Of a DNA stretch of 62,162 bases, positions 36,201 through 47,713 are shown one piece after another. Both the position numbers and the translations under genes were made by a program. Positions within the stretch are counted from its first letter, which is position 1; each line of letters begins with the position of its first letter. Where the stretch lies: assembly GCA_000708835.1 (NCBI GenBank), contig DF237481.1:1-62162 (forward strand). Reading direction: 5' to 3'. Origin of the DNA: Klebsormidium nitens (Eukaryota; Plantae; Klebsormidiophyceae). Under the pieces are notes generated by a model, which ran no database searches, was not told the origin of the DNA, and saw only the letters and a list, made by a program, of their open reading frames with translations.

Positions 36201-39152
36201 AGAGCCCCTATCAACCGTTCTTTTGCGACACGGCTTCTTGACTTGTCGCAACGAAACTTCATGAGAGAGCCTGCATTGGAACAGAAGCAAGTACCTGGTT
36301 CTAGGTACGGGCCCCCAAAGCTGGTAGCGGGCGTAGCGTACAACATGTATTACGGCCTGCTACGGTTTGGAAAGGAGCACGCGGACGTCGACATCTTCTG
36401 CCGGGTAAGGCCCCCGCCCGCCTTATCCAGACGCATCTGCATGACGTCACAAAGCGACAGCACAGCGCGCGCCTCTGCTGGGCTGTCGCCGAAAGACGAG
36501 CTCCCCCGTCTCTGAAACCGCCCGGGGGTGTGAATTACCACTAAAAGGTGACCGCTGATGATGTCTTCGACGGCCTCTTACAAAGCGCCCCGCCATATAG
36601 TTTTAACGTGGTCCCTGGAGGGATTCGCTGCAGCTCTCGGGAGAGCTCAGAGAAAGTTGGGGCATGCACCTTCCTGATAACGTCGCAATCTTCAGCCGGA
36701 AAGTTCTCGAACTACACCGTCCTTGTAGTATGCACAAGTAGACGTGTCGATAAGTTGTCCAGCCGAATCGAATTCTGTGACACTTTTGGAGGTCTGTGCA
36801 AATTCGTAATCCAGTTCTTTGCATGCCAGATCCTGACGGACGAGCTCCCGAGCCCGGCGCTCTTCGCCTACATGGAGGAGCTAGAGGCGCTCCGCGGACT
36901 GCTGCGGGCTGCGGACACCGACAGCAGAAACAAGTGAGACGTTTGGTAGAACTGTCAGGGTTGACGGGCTAACTTACAACTTTGATAATCGATGCGAGCA
37001 GGCAATGCAAATCTGGAAGGAAGATGCACAGACTTATATTTTTGAGGAAGGGCTTTGACGCCTGAGCGTGTGAGAACTTTGTGTGCCTCATCAAGCAAGA
37101 ACGAGATTGATATGGATCAGCAAAGAGATTGATCAGGACGTTCCAAAACCAACAGTACCCAAAGAGTACCGATGTATCCTTCTCCACGAATGCTCGCAAG
37201 TTCTGTAATTCTTTGCAGACAGCGACCCGCTTTCCGCAGCAAAGCCCCACAGCATTCTGAACGGACTGAAAAAGAGCTCAAACTCTTTCCACATGACTGA
37301 ACGGACAAATTTCTATACTGTCCAGATCTTCGAAGCATAACGTCAGTCCTGACGACTTGAGCTGCAGCACTCACAGCAAATCGTGCGATCTGCAGGCTGC
37401 CACGTGGCCAAGTAATCCAAGTCCTGAAGGAGCGCTTCGGGGACGCCTTCGACGAAGCGCGCGAGCGCGCTGCGCGCGCGGCACTGGATGCGGAGCAGCC
37501 GCCGCTGTCGGTGCATCCCAGTTGGTACCTGGACCCGCAGAACAGCCGTAAGGCGGCGCGAATCAGTGACGTCGAGTACGAGAAGCTCATCAGCGAAACG
37601 AGGTAAGATCTTTGGGAAGACAACAGTATAAAGCTTGTTTATGTTGACTCGTCCCCTCGAATCGGCTGGTGCTGCAACTACAGGGCAATCTGGATCCAAC
37701 TTCTTTCCTTCCCAGCTGCTATGTCTGTAAGCCGAACTGCTTAAGTGAGAATGCTGAACTTTTTCCACAGTGGAATATTTCAGAAGTTGTTTCTCAATGC
37801 ATTGAATCGAAGGAAGGTCTCTTTGTCGGGAGGCTTGGCTCGTCGATTAGACCACGAAAGGTCTCAGTCCTCGCGCTTTTGAAAACCTGTCAGAAAAGCT
37901 TCACGGCCAAATCGCACGGCCAAAAAAAGGTCTTTTGTCAAACCATTCTCTCATTGTGCGGTTCCCTTTCTTTACCAGAGACGTAGACCACGGACCCTTC
38001 GCCCAGCTGGCCAAGACGCTGATCATCGAGGAGCTGCGCGCGCGCGAGTGGCCCGCCGCGCGCGGCGACATTACGCGCCGGCCCAAGTACGGCGACTTCC
38101 TCGCGTGGCGCAAGGCGAAAGTGGGCGCCACGGCTGCGGGCGTCGTCGGTTATCTAAGCCGGGCGGTCCAAACCCCGAGGGGCACGGCTGCTCGGGAGAC
38201 GGCTGATGACCGGGGGACGGCTCCGGAGGGGCCGGAAAGTAGGACCGGGGGAGATGAGAGCAGTGCCTCCGTCCAGACATCTGTGGAACCGAAGGGAGCA
38301 GTCGCATTGGGGGCCCGTGGTTCGGGTCAAAATCTTGCGCCGATAGACGAGCGACTTGTTGTCGGGAGCAATAGAAATCCTAATTCCCAGCAAGAAGCGA
38401 CCCCGATAGCGCGTCAAGACTTCCTCGCGGGGGTTAACGAAAACCGCAACTTGCGTCAGGATCCTGCCCCCTACGAGCGAGTGACGTCTGGGAGCACTGA
38501 ACAGAGTCGGGGCTCGGATCAGGATGCTGCTCCTCGAAAAGGACACTCCAAAGTCGGAGCAACAGAAAGCCGCCAGGCCGCGAACCCCCCGCAGCGAATG
38601 ACAGATGCTGACACTGCCGCGAAAGATCGAAGCGCTCGGGGCTTTGCCCCGGGAGCCCAGCAGAGTGCTGAAAGCGTCAGACTTTTCGGGCTGAAGGCGG
38701 TGAACGAGAGCGGCGAGAATTCTGACACCTGGGCGACAAAAGACCGAAAAGCAAACGCTGCTGAAAGCATCAGACCCAGTGGCCGTGAGGTGGGGCTGAA
38801 GGCGGCAGACGAGAGCGTCGAGATTCCTGGCACCCGACTGAACGGAGGCCGCAAAGAACACGATTCCGAAAGGGGGACAGCTTATGATGACAAAGGCGTG
38901 GTCGTGACCGGAAGCCGCTCGGTCGAGCGCCCGGAAGTTCCGCGGGCGCAATATCACAGCGCGGAATCTCTGAGCTCTGCCTCGGAGGACATACCCGAGC
39001 AGCTGTGGAAGGACGACCCGGCCGTTGACATCAGCAAGAAAAGCTTTGTAGAGAGGTCAGTTATGAAGGCTACAAAGGAGGAGCCTGTGTTTGCACATGG
39101 AAACGATTCAAAAATTGTGGAGCCTAGAGTAGCGTACAAAGCGCAATCTTAG
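33297..39152 (+). CDS. TSNAXIP1: Translin-associated factor X-interacting protein 1-like protein with a long acidic low-complexity C-terminal tail
   Basis: Phase-consistent exons 34243-34373, 34957-35147, 35572-35749, 36305-36404, 36830-36933, 37396-37602, 37979-39152. The spliced sequence WEGRGNDPSVPEWLRYE|GKIVNRKLSKR..FHECMKTT|YGPPKLVAGVAYN..DVDIFCR|ILTDEL resembles the TSNAXIP1 core as I recall it. The 5' exons (33297-33507, 33593-33715) are tentative. Confidence 0.65.
34751..34859. repeat. ~110-bp intronic copy of a TSNAXIP1-like acceptor plus exon 5' end (original 34930-35039)
   Basis: tgacgtgta.ttgtcacctttttccag|ggtcagccgcca.tggtcgcactcggggcacttccccgggatgacgctctcgt.ctgggcgcg....tgcagcaagctgtggg; 5 substitutions plus 1 indel. 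Confidence 0.95.
35985..36057 (-). pseudogene. trnK: Degenerate tRNA-Lys(UUU), plant-mitochondrial type, antisense within an intron
   Basis: GGGTGCGTAGCTCAGTTGGCAGAGCATTGGGCTTTTAACGTAATGGTCGCAGGTTCGAGCCCGGCGATTCCTG: D-arm intact, TTT anticodon, A- and B-box-like motifs intact, but one mismatch each in the anticodon and T stems and a largely unpaired acceptor stem. Confidence 0.75.
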
Positions 39153-40329
39153 CTCGTTCGGATGGTCGGTTGTATCTGGACCCGTCAGCGGTCCTCATTC
39201 TGCCACCGTAAGCGGCAGAGGCAGATCTCGGTTGTCGCGGGACCGCGCCGCGGGGCTTCCATTGACTCACTCGATTGCGCTCGCTTTTCAGAAATCCTTC
39301 GAGCCTCAGTAAGATATGACGCGCTTCGTCCACGAAATGAAGACCTTTTTGTGTCCTGAAAAGGCATCCGCTGGCGCGACCCGTTAACGAAAAGAGTGCT
39401 TGTCTGCGGCAGTAACCGATATGCGGCCCTCTATGAGCTTGCAAGTACGATGATTCTATGCCCAGGCTCCTCTTCCATTGTACATGCAGCTTGTCGATCA
39501 GATAAGGGCATCGCGAGCTAGCATGCGTACGATAATGACCCGTCTGCGAGCATGCTATTTTTGCACGCAAGTTCGAGATCAACTTACCGTATATGAATGT
39601 ACAAGATCTCATCGCATCATAATCTAATTGTTGTGCAATTACAATTGCACGTCACATGAGGGCATCGCACATGCAGACTGAGACAGAAGAGCGGCCGCCT
39701 GACTTGATGCCTATATATATGCTCTACAAGTACGCAATGTCTTGCTTTTGAAGATTGGATAACCATATAGGTAGAACCATGCAGCACATGTACACGATCG
39801 CCATGACCAGCAGCTCGCCGCAGCGCCATGCATGTTGGCCGTTTTATCCTTGAACTAAAAACGGATCAGAATCAGAACCGACTCGGCGATGCAGACACAA
39901 TCGTTAGACTAGTATCGTCGAGCCGGCGCGGCTATACTCGTCTTTCCAACACAACTCACATCAAACTCGGCCACCTGAACACGGGATAAGCTAATGCAAG
40001 CACCTCTACCGTCAATGGATCGGACGACCACTTCCTTAGTTGTCTCCTTAATGTACAAACATATTATACAAGAGGCTCCTCTATCTATCTATCTGATTCC
40101 AGCGGTTGTGTCGCAAGTTCGCTAGAATCATCAAGAAAGATCGAGAGCAAAAATACCGCACGTTAGGTCACTCAAACCGCAGTCAGTCCAGTGTAACCAG
40201 TACTGTAACCCTTACTGTAACCCAACGGTAAACATCAACGCCGTCATATATAGCCGTACTCTCATAATCCCTCGAGCAAGATAGGTCAAGATCAACCCAA
40301 CACCAGCTTAGACTCGCTAGCGAAAACGG

Positions 40330-43300
40330 TTAAAGTCGATCCACCGTCTCAGTAACGCCGCCATGCCCGAGCAACGTCTGCCGAGCCTCCCGGAAAACCC
40401 CCCGCACTCGTTCTTCCTTCAGCCGTACGTTCTGCTCGCGCAGATATAACCGGTCCCCGTCCGCCCACCCGCCCCTCCATACGCTCCCGGTGTCCGCCAT
40501 AACCGGGTCGTCCAACGCGTACTTATCTAGGAGGCTGCTCTCCGCAGCCTCGATCTCATACGCTATGTAGTGTAGCCCGTGTTCACGTGCCGGCATTCCG
40601 TCGTACACCTCGGCAACGCGCCGGACGCCCCAGGGGACCACCTGCGTCCGGAAGATGACACGTGGCGTTGAGTCGAGAATCGAGCGAGGCAATCTGAGGA
40701 GACTATGGAGAAGCGTGGCGTGCTTCAAGAGGGTGTATGCACAACCCTGTCTCAAATGGAGTCAGAGAGCGACCGTGAGACGGCCAGCTTGCTCCCGCCA
40801 AGGAACAAGAGGCAAGAGTCTATCCACGTCGGGGCGACTTTCAAGTTCAGCATCCGTTTGTACGGTCGCCGCGTGCTCACACAGTTAACACGCCTCCTTC
40901 AAATGAAGAAACAACACACAAAATAAATAAAGGTTCGAGGAGAGTTCTGATGCGCATTGAACAAAGAGGAGACCCGTCGTGATTTGCACGTAGAAACAGG
41001 GGCACAAACGTTCCAGAAAGGAATGAGCGGAGGGTGGTGGGATAACAAAGCGGCAAAGCTTGCTTTCGCAAGAACGGGCACCCACAAAAGCCATGGCGCG
41101 CGCCCCGATTCACTAATGCCAGAGCCAGAGCGGTTTCAAAATATTCGGGACCGCAAACTCGCGGTACCCACCTGGATGAGCGCGGCCCCCGGGCGCATGA
41201 AGACGAAGTACGTCAGCGCCGCGCCGTGCACGCCCATCAGGACGTCCAAACCCTGGACCGTCCGAAACACCTCCTGCAAAAGTTCGGACGCTTCATTAGG
41301 CACATCTTCTGGGGGTCCGGAAACTAGAGCGAAGCAGCTTGAGCGGTGGATGCACATAGATCGATTTCAGCGATCGTGCACGCCCATCCGGACGCCAAAC
41401 CCTGCATCGTCCGAAACACCTCCTGCAAAAGTTCGGACGCTTGGGTAGGCGCAGCGTGGAGGCTCCAAAACAAGGTAAGCGAATTGAGCGGTGCGTTCCT
41501 AAAGTTTGGATTTGAGCCGAAGGTCGGTTGAAAGAAGCGTCCGCTTGAATTGAACAAAGTCCCGGTTTAAATCCGGTTTGAAAGGCAGTCTGCTGGACTT
41601 CGCAGACAGGGGATAGCAGCTGCGGCCTCTAGTATGTTTGCAACGCTACATCGAATGTCTCTGATACGATCCTCTTTGGTTGATGTAAGAAGCGAAGTCT
41701 TGAGAATTGAGCGCTCTTGAAATGAAGCTGCGGGAACGAATTTGTAACAAGCGGACCCTCCAAACAAGATACTAAGAACCTCGCCTTCTTGCTGGTTCAA
41801 GAGAAAGGAGAAGGGACCAGTAAATGCCGGACTATCGTGACAGCCATCTAGATAAATATCTGCTTAAGGGCCCTTGTAAAGACAAAGGATGGTCGAGTGG
41901 CGTAAAGTGAAGGTCCGTTGAACACTGACGGATTCCGTGACAGAGCTTTAGATGGAGAAGGGAAGCAAGCAAAGGTGGAGCCAGTTATCTGCGAGAGCAG
42001 ATGAAGCAAACGAATCCAAAGGGTAGATGAAGCAAGATCAACAAGAAGGAAGGTGGAGCGAAGGGATCAAGGGAATTGGGAGCAAACGGAATGAAAGGAA
42101 AGAGTAAACCAATGATCTAAGAGAGAGTTTCGAACAAACGGAGTAAGAGAAAATTCGAGCAGATGAAACAAGGAAAGCCTCACTTCTAAGCTGGGCGACT
42201 CGTACGAGAACGACAGCTCCTCCACTTGGAACCCCTCCTCCTCCGCAATCTGCGCAACCCGGTCGTGGTTTTCGATAACCCGACCGGAACCGTTCCTTCG
42301 CACAATCCCCATCCGCAGCTTCCTTTGCCCGCTCAAACCCGTTTTGTTAATCCTAGTAGCCGCCTCCTGCGAGGAGTCTTGTGCGTCCGCTTCACCTCGC
42401 AACTCACCATTCTCAATCGGGCTGCCGTTGACCTGATTCCCCTCGACCGGCGTATCCTTGACCCGGTTATTATCGACCCGGTTATTGCTAACCATCCCCA
42501 GATGCTGCGCAAACATCTCGCTCATACGAGCCAACCGTACACCCCCCGGCATCCGCTCCGGGTCGACGGTCAAATACCCATGTATCTCTAACCCCACTGT
42601 TAACCGCTCTAAACACCAGCTAACCCCGCCTTCCCCCAGGTTCACCAGCGGGAACTCGGTGAAGATCTCCAGAAACCGCTGGTATTTCCGAAGCCACGGT
42701 TCAGGGGCGTCAGAAACGAAGAGCCGAACTTTGCGGTGATATCGCTCGGTAGATACGAACAGGGGGATCAGAACATCGGTAAACTCGTGGAAAGCGTTGC
42801 CGGTCCACCCCCCCGTGGAGAAGACGATGCCGGGGACGTCGGACACGTGGTCGCACTGGGGGCTGCCACGTGGCTCAAGCTCCTAAGATGGAGATGATGC
42901 TCGTTAAGGGTCGAGAGAGTCGTAAGGATGACTATCACTCAGGATTGTGGAGCGTAAGCAGTTTCTAAGTTGGCATCGTTCTTCTGAACTTGTTACGTTT
43001 TATGGCCGAACTCCGAGATGCTTATTGTGTCACTGATGATTTGCTTTCGGAGAGGCTTGCGTGGATTTATTGTGCAGTTTGTATGACCTACTCAAGATGA
43101 TTGCTCCAGTCGGTGGACCTGCGTATGCACCCACTTGCACGTTCTTCCACACCAGCTCAAACACCTAATACGGATGGCCATTACGTCCGCACCGAAAAGA
43201 AGAGCGCACTTGAAATGAACAGCACAACAGGTATACGCAATTTCCTAACCTTAATTTCCTAACTCCCAACTTTACCCAGGTCTCAGCAATCTCACTTGCG

Positions 43301-45722
43301 CGCTCTTGGACACCAGCTCGAACTCCGAAATGCGCGCAGTCAACATGTCAATATCCAGAAAACAGCGCAGTCAAAACGTGAGGCTTGACAAGTGTAAGCA
43401 GCGCAGCACCAAAAAGATCTTCCCCTTAACATTTCCATTATATCACAGCAACTCGCTTGCACGGTCCTGAAAGTCATCTCGTACTCTTTGATCGGGCAGG
43501 CATCATGTTCGCATTTATAAGATCAGCACGATGAAAAAGAACGGCTTGTTGCGCAGCACCCAGAATAAGGCAAACTCCAATTATGTCAAATGTCTCAAGT
43601 GGCGCAACTCACTTGCATATTCTTTGATACCAACTCGTACTCCGTGATCCGAGCAGCCATCATGTCCGCATCGTACTTTCTCGGTTGCGGCCGGACGCGC
43701 ATCGACGGGCCCAGCGGCTCTTCCCTATGCGTGTACACTTCCACCACAGTGGAACCGGTCTGGATTCGGACCGTCCCGTTCAGCCGACAAACGTCCGTCA
43801 TCCAGGAGCTCCTGTCGCACCCAAACTCCTCTTTGGGGGCCTCCTCAAAAGTGAGATCATTTGTCACAGACTCGTGGGTGCTTTCCTTCTTCGGGGCCTC
43901 TTCTTTCTTGGGGGTTTGTTTAGGCGTCGTTTCCGCATCTGCACCGCTAGGGACCTCTTCATCTTTGGGGGTTTGTCTGGGCTTCGTTTCTGTGCCCCCC
44001 TCGCTGGGGCCCTCTTTTGTGGGGGCTCCACCGTAGTGCTTTTGTTGCCCCTCGCTGCTGGCCCCTTTTTCTTCAAGTGTTTTGTTGGACTCACTTGGCA
44101 ACCCAATACTGCCACTGGCTTCTTTCTGGGGGGTTTTGCTAAGCTCTTCCGGCATACCCCCCTGGCTAGAGGGATCCCCCTGAGTGGGCTCCTTCCCTTC
44201 CCCCTCGCTCCTTCCTCCGGCAGGACCCCCCTGGTCTCCTTGCCCTGCTTGTTCTTCAGAATGCTCCCCACTACTTGGTGTGGATTGAACAGAACTTGTT
44301 GCATTGATCCCCATCATCTCTGCGCTTCGCTTTACTCTGTCAGAGACGGACCCTCCTTTTGACTCTTCTTTGTCCTGGCTCGCTGCCTTGCCCTTCAAGA
44401 GAGGTGTGTCAGCGTTACTTGACTCCTGGCTTGGCTTGGGGCTTAACCCAAAACTCAACTCCATTCTTGTCCAGTCTGCTTTTCCCACACGTCCATTGCA
44501 CAGGGATGCTTGTCCCCACCCCTGGAACAGCTGCCATGACCCGCACTCTCCTGACATCATCACTGGAACAGAACAAAAACAGATGTCAGAGAAATGGTTG
44601 TGGAGTGCCGGTTGGAGAAATCTGGTTCAGCTCATGCATGATTGGCACTTGCACCTGTGTGTGAAAGAAATGGTCAATAATGTATAAATGCTCCATATGC
44701 AGATAAGTCTTGGCAGTTTTTTCTGTGCGGAAACCCAATGTTTTGAGCTTGAAGATTCACAGATGTTAGGTGGAAATACCAAGTACAGTCGTTTGTTGCA
44801 AGCCCTAACGAGCATGACTTGTTTCCCCCCTCGCTCCCGTCAGCAGCTCAATCAAATGAAGCATGCATTTGCAAGCACTCCATTCAGCAAGCGGGCCTCG
44901 TACAAGACATTCAAGCGGTTCGGAAATCATCGAAGCAGAGGTGGGCATTCAGCGCCCAACTAGGATTGCACGCAATGCATTCGCCACATGCCAAAATGTT
45001 ATGCTGTCTCCTAGATGATGTGACAAGCAATCTGATGTGCTGCCAGCATGAGTCGGAAGACACGAAAAGACCAGCGCGTGAGTTTTTGGCTCACTCTATC
45101 CAGACACCAGACCTGGGGGAGTCCCTATCATTTCTACAGTGTCAACATTCAGTTCCCCTGGATAAGGTGATACTTTGCTACATTGAGTTGAACTCTTATT
45201 ATCAAGTTTCCTGTCACCACAAGAAGCATTTCCTTCATCAAAGATGACAAATTGTTTGAAATCTACAAAGAAACCCGACTGCTTGGTTCAACCCCACTCT
45301 GCCTGTCCAGATTCCTAAGGATCAGCTCCTAGACAAATAGCGCATATCCGGGGAGTCCCCCTCAAAGCCCACAGCGGGCAGCTGACGACATCAGAAGCTA
45401 AAGTATACACATAGGTTCATGGCGAAGCTTGAAGAATCACACCATCACATCAGCAGCTACAGATTAACAGCTTGAGAAGTGCAGCTACTAAACATCTGGG
45501 GAACACTCTTTTTTATTCAATCTTCTTCTATTTTCAAGTGTTCTGAGCTGCGAGTACCCTCAGAAAAAGAAGGGGAACAAGAGGGCAGGGGAAGTGAGCC
45601 CTACATGACCCAGGGTCCTCATTTGCAAGCCTCTTGCCCAGCAGAATGCCCCCCACAATCAAGACTAAGATCAGCACCTGTATGCCCAGTAGTAGCTTGG
45701 GCTTCCTTGTACAGATCTTCAT
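40330..45722 (-). CDS. Glycosyltransferase family 61 (DUF563), plant xylan arabinosyl/xylosyltransferase-like type II membrane protein
   Basis: Exons 40330-40641, 41172-41273, 42184-42882, 43613-~44560 and an N-terminal TM exon starting at 45722 (MKICTRKPKLLLGIQVLILVLIVGGILLG). Motifs FSTGGWTGNAFHEFTDVLIPLF and VLMGVHGAALTYFVFMRPGAALIQ|VVPWG. The junction between the first exons is not resolved. Confidence 0.88.
41375..41442. repeat. Intronic copy of a GT61 acceptor plus exon 5' end (original 41225-41293)
   Basis: cgtgcacgcccatc.ggacg(t)ccaaaccctg.a.cgtccgaaacacctcctgcaaaagttcggacgctt; 3 substitutions plus a 1-nt deletion. Confidence 0.9.
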
Positions 45723-46488
45723 TATGAACGAGCTCCTTTCTTTCTAGGGAGCCCAATTCTTGGACTCACTCCTTGGACGTTACGGGCATTTCACTGAAAT
45801 ATAAGCTCACTGCAGAGCATTGGCTCAATCCCATAGCAAAGCGCTTCACGTGCGCTCTGAGCATCCTGCTCTGATCCTGCCAGCAACAACTTCAAGATCA
45901 AGACAAGCTGGTGTTGATTGGTCTTGCGGAGCTCTCCGTCCGACGCCATTTTCATTTGCGAGTCCTCACACATGACCGGAACTCTCATAGCACTGATCTC
46001 CTGACACTATCTACTCTTGAACTCTCGTCCAGCAGTCTATACGGTACATTGATCGTGTGTGTGGTGTTCCGGCCCTCGTGCTCCGTTCACAGGTGCATGA
46101 GCACATATCCAGGTTCCGGAAGCTCTGACGACAAGTGACGAGCACACTGCATGGTGGAAGCTGCCGACAGCAGCAGCAGCCGACTCCCGAGTGAAATTGT
46201 GCCATATCCCGGCGGCCGACTGCCGCAGTCACGGTGTCGCCGCCACTGTCGCCCTGGCCCCTGAGCCCGGGGGACTTCCGACTCGGCGGTCGCCGAGTCC
46301 GAGTACGTCGGCGAGTGATCACCAGCCTCCTGGTTTTCCGGGCACGTTCGAATTGCGCGAACGTCTATCATCCCGTTGGTCTGAGTTTTGAGATACTGAT
46401 CGACGCTCACGATCAGTCTGAATCTGCTTCCAAGGGCATCGAACGGTCTGTATGAGTCGGCTTGACCAAAATAACCACCGTCACGTTA

Positions 46489-46859
46489 TTAAACCACCAC
46501 CGGGGGTATAAATAGTGCTGGTTACCAGCTTTGCCATAATCACCTTTCGCAACTTGAAAATTGCGACGGGCGCATTGGGGCGCAACACTTACAACAAGGT
46601 CCTCCGCCAGCAGAAAAACAAGCCGTTTCTTTCCGTTTTGAGCGGCGGTTTCGACCTGGCCTCGCTCTGTTGACTAAAGTCGAGCGATAGAAAGAAAGAC
46701 CGCCGAAAACAGCGAAGTAATGCTTCTGTTTTCGGATTTATAAGCTCAAATTCCAATAAGTTGGAAGCATGCGCCTTCGGGCCGAAATTTGAATTCCGGT
46801 GGCCGTTGGCGAGAATGACAGCCGGTTTGCCCCAAGTTATACCCCCGGTGGTGGTTTAA
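46489..46859. mobile_element. 363-bp MITE with perfect 19-bp TIRs flanked by TTAA on both sides
   Basis: TTAA|ACCACCACCGGGGGTATAA (46489-46511) ... TTATACCCCCGGTGGTGGT|TTAA (46837-46859); no long ORF inside; lies upstream of the GT61 gene. Confidence 0.88.
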
Positions 46860-47713
46860 GGTACATTACGGGATGTGTTCAAATGTCCAAGTCAACGCTG
46901 AGAGCGTTTACGTTGCAGCTGAGTCTGCGTCAGCTTTCTAAGAAGTCACTTTCTGAATCAATTTCTATGAAGTCACAGAGCATGTCCGAGTACCCTAGGT
47001 GCAGCGCTGAAGACTGAATCAAAGAAGCCAAAGTTTCATATGAAAGCGGCATGACATACTTGCTAGATAGCATATTCGAAGATTCACAGTGTTTGAGCGA
47101 TATATTACCGCGTAAGTGCCGCATAATTCAAGGCGCATAAACGCCTACGATTTGTTGCACGCGACATTGCATGCACTGGCACAGTGACAACGACATACGG
47201 CGGTATATTATATGCCACAGCTGTCGGTGATTGTCTTGGTCCTTGGAACCGGCAGCCACTGAGCCATGCATGTACTCATGTATCATGCGCTTTATGGAGC
47301 CAGCGAATCAAACCAGGCCTTTGATTGACAACAAATCACTTGCGAGTATGTACCTGCAATCGTTGCAATGTGGTACGCTGATCTCATCCGAATGAATGAT
47401 AGTACTCCAAGCTTTTGAAGATACGAACATTGAGGATCATCAAATCATGTGCGTTTCAACATTCCATACTGACACAAAACAACCATCACTGTGCCTTTCA
47501 GCGCTGACTTTGTCCTTAAAACTAGATCGACCTTTCTTTGTCGTTGCTGTCATCAAACATGCGCATGCGAACGACATCCTCAGCACACTGAATGCATAAT
47601 CGACACCATTGAACTCGTCAAAAGGCCTGAACGAGGCTAGCAAACACCGAGCAGTGCCGGTTAGCATCCATTTGAAACTACCGAAGCAATGGGCGATGTT
47701 CCCAATGGAATGC

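Noticed and set aside
38154-38957. 267-aa minus-strand ORF
   Set aside because: Antisense shadow of the GC-rich last exon of the plus-strand gene.
43685-44362. 225-aa plus-strand ORF
   Set aside because: Antisense shadow of the GT61 stem exon.
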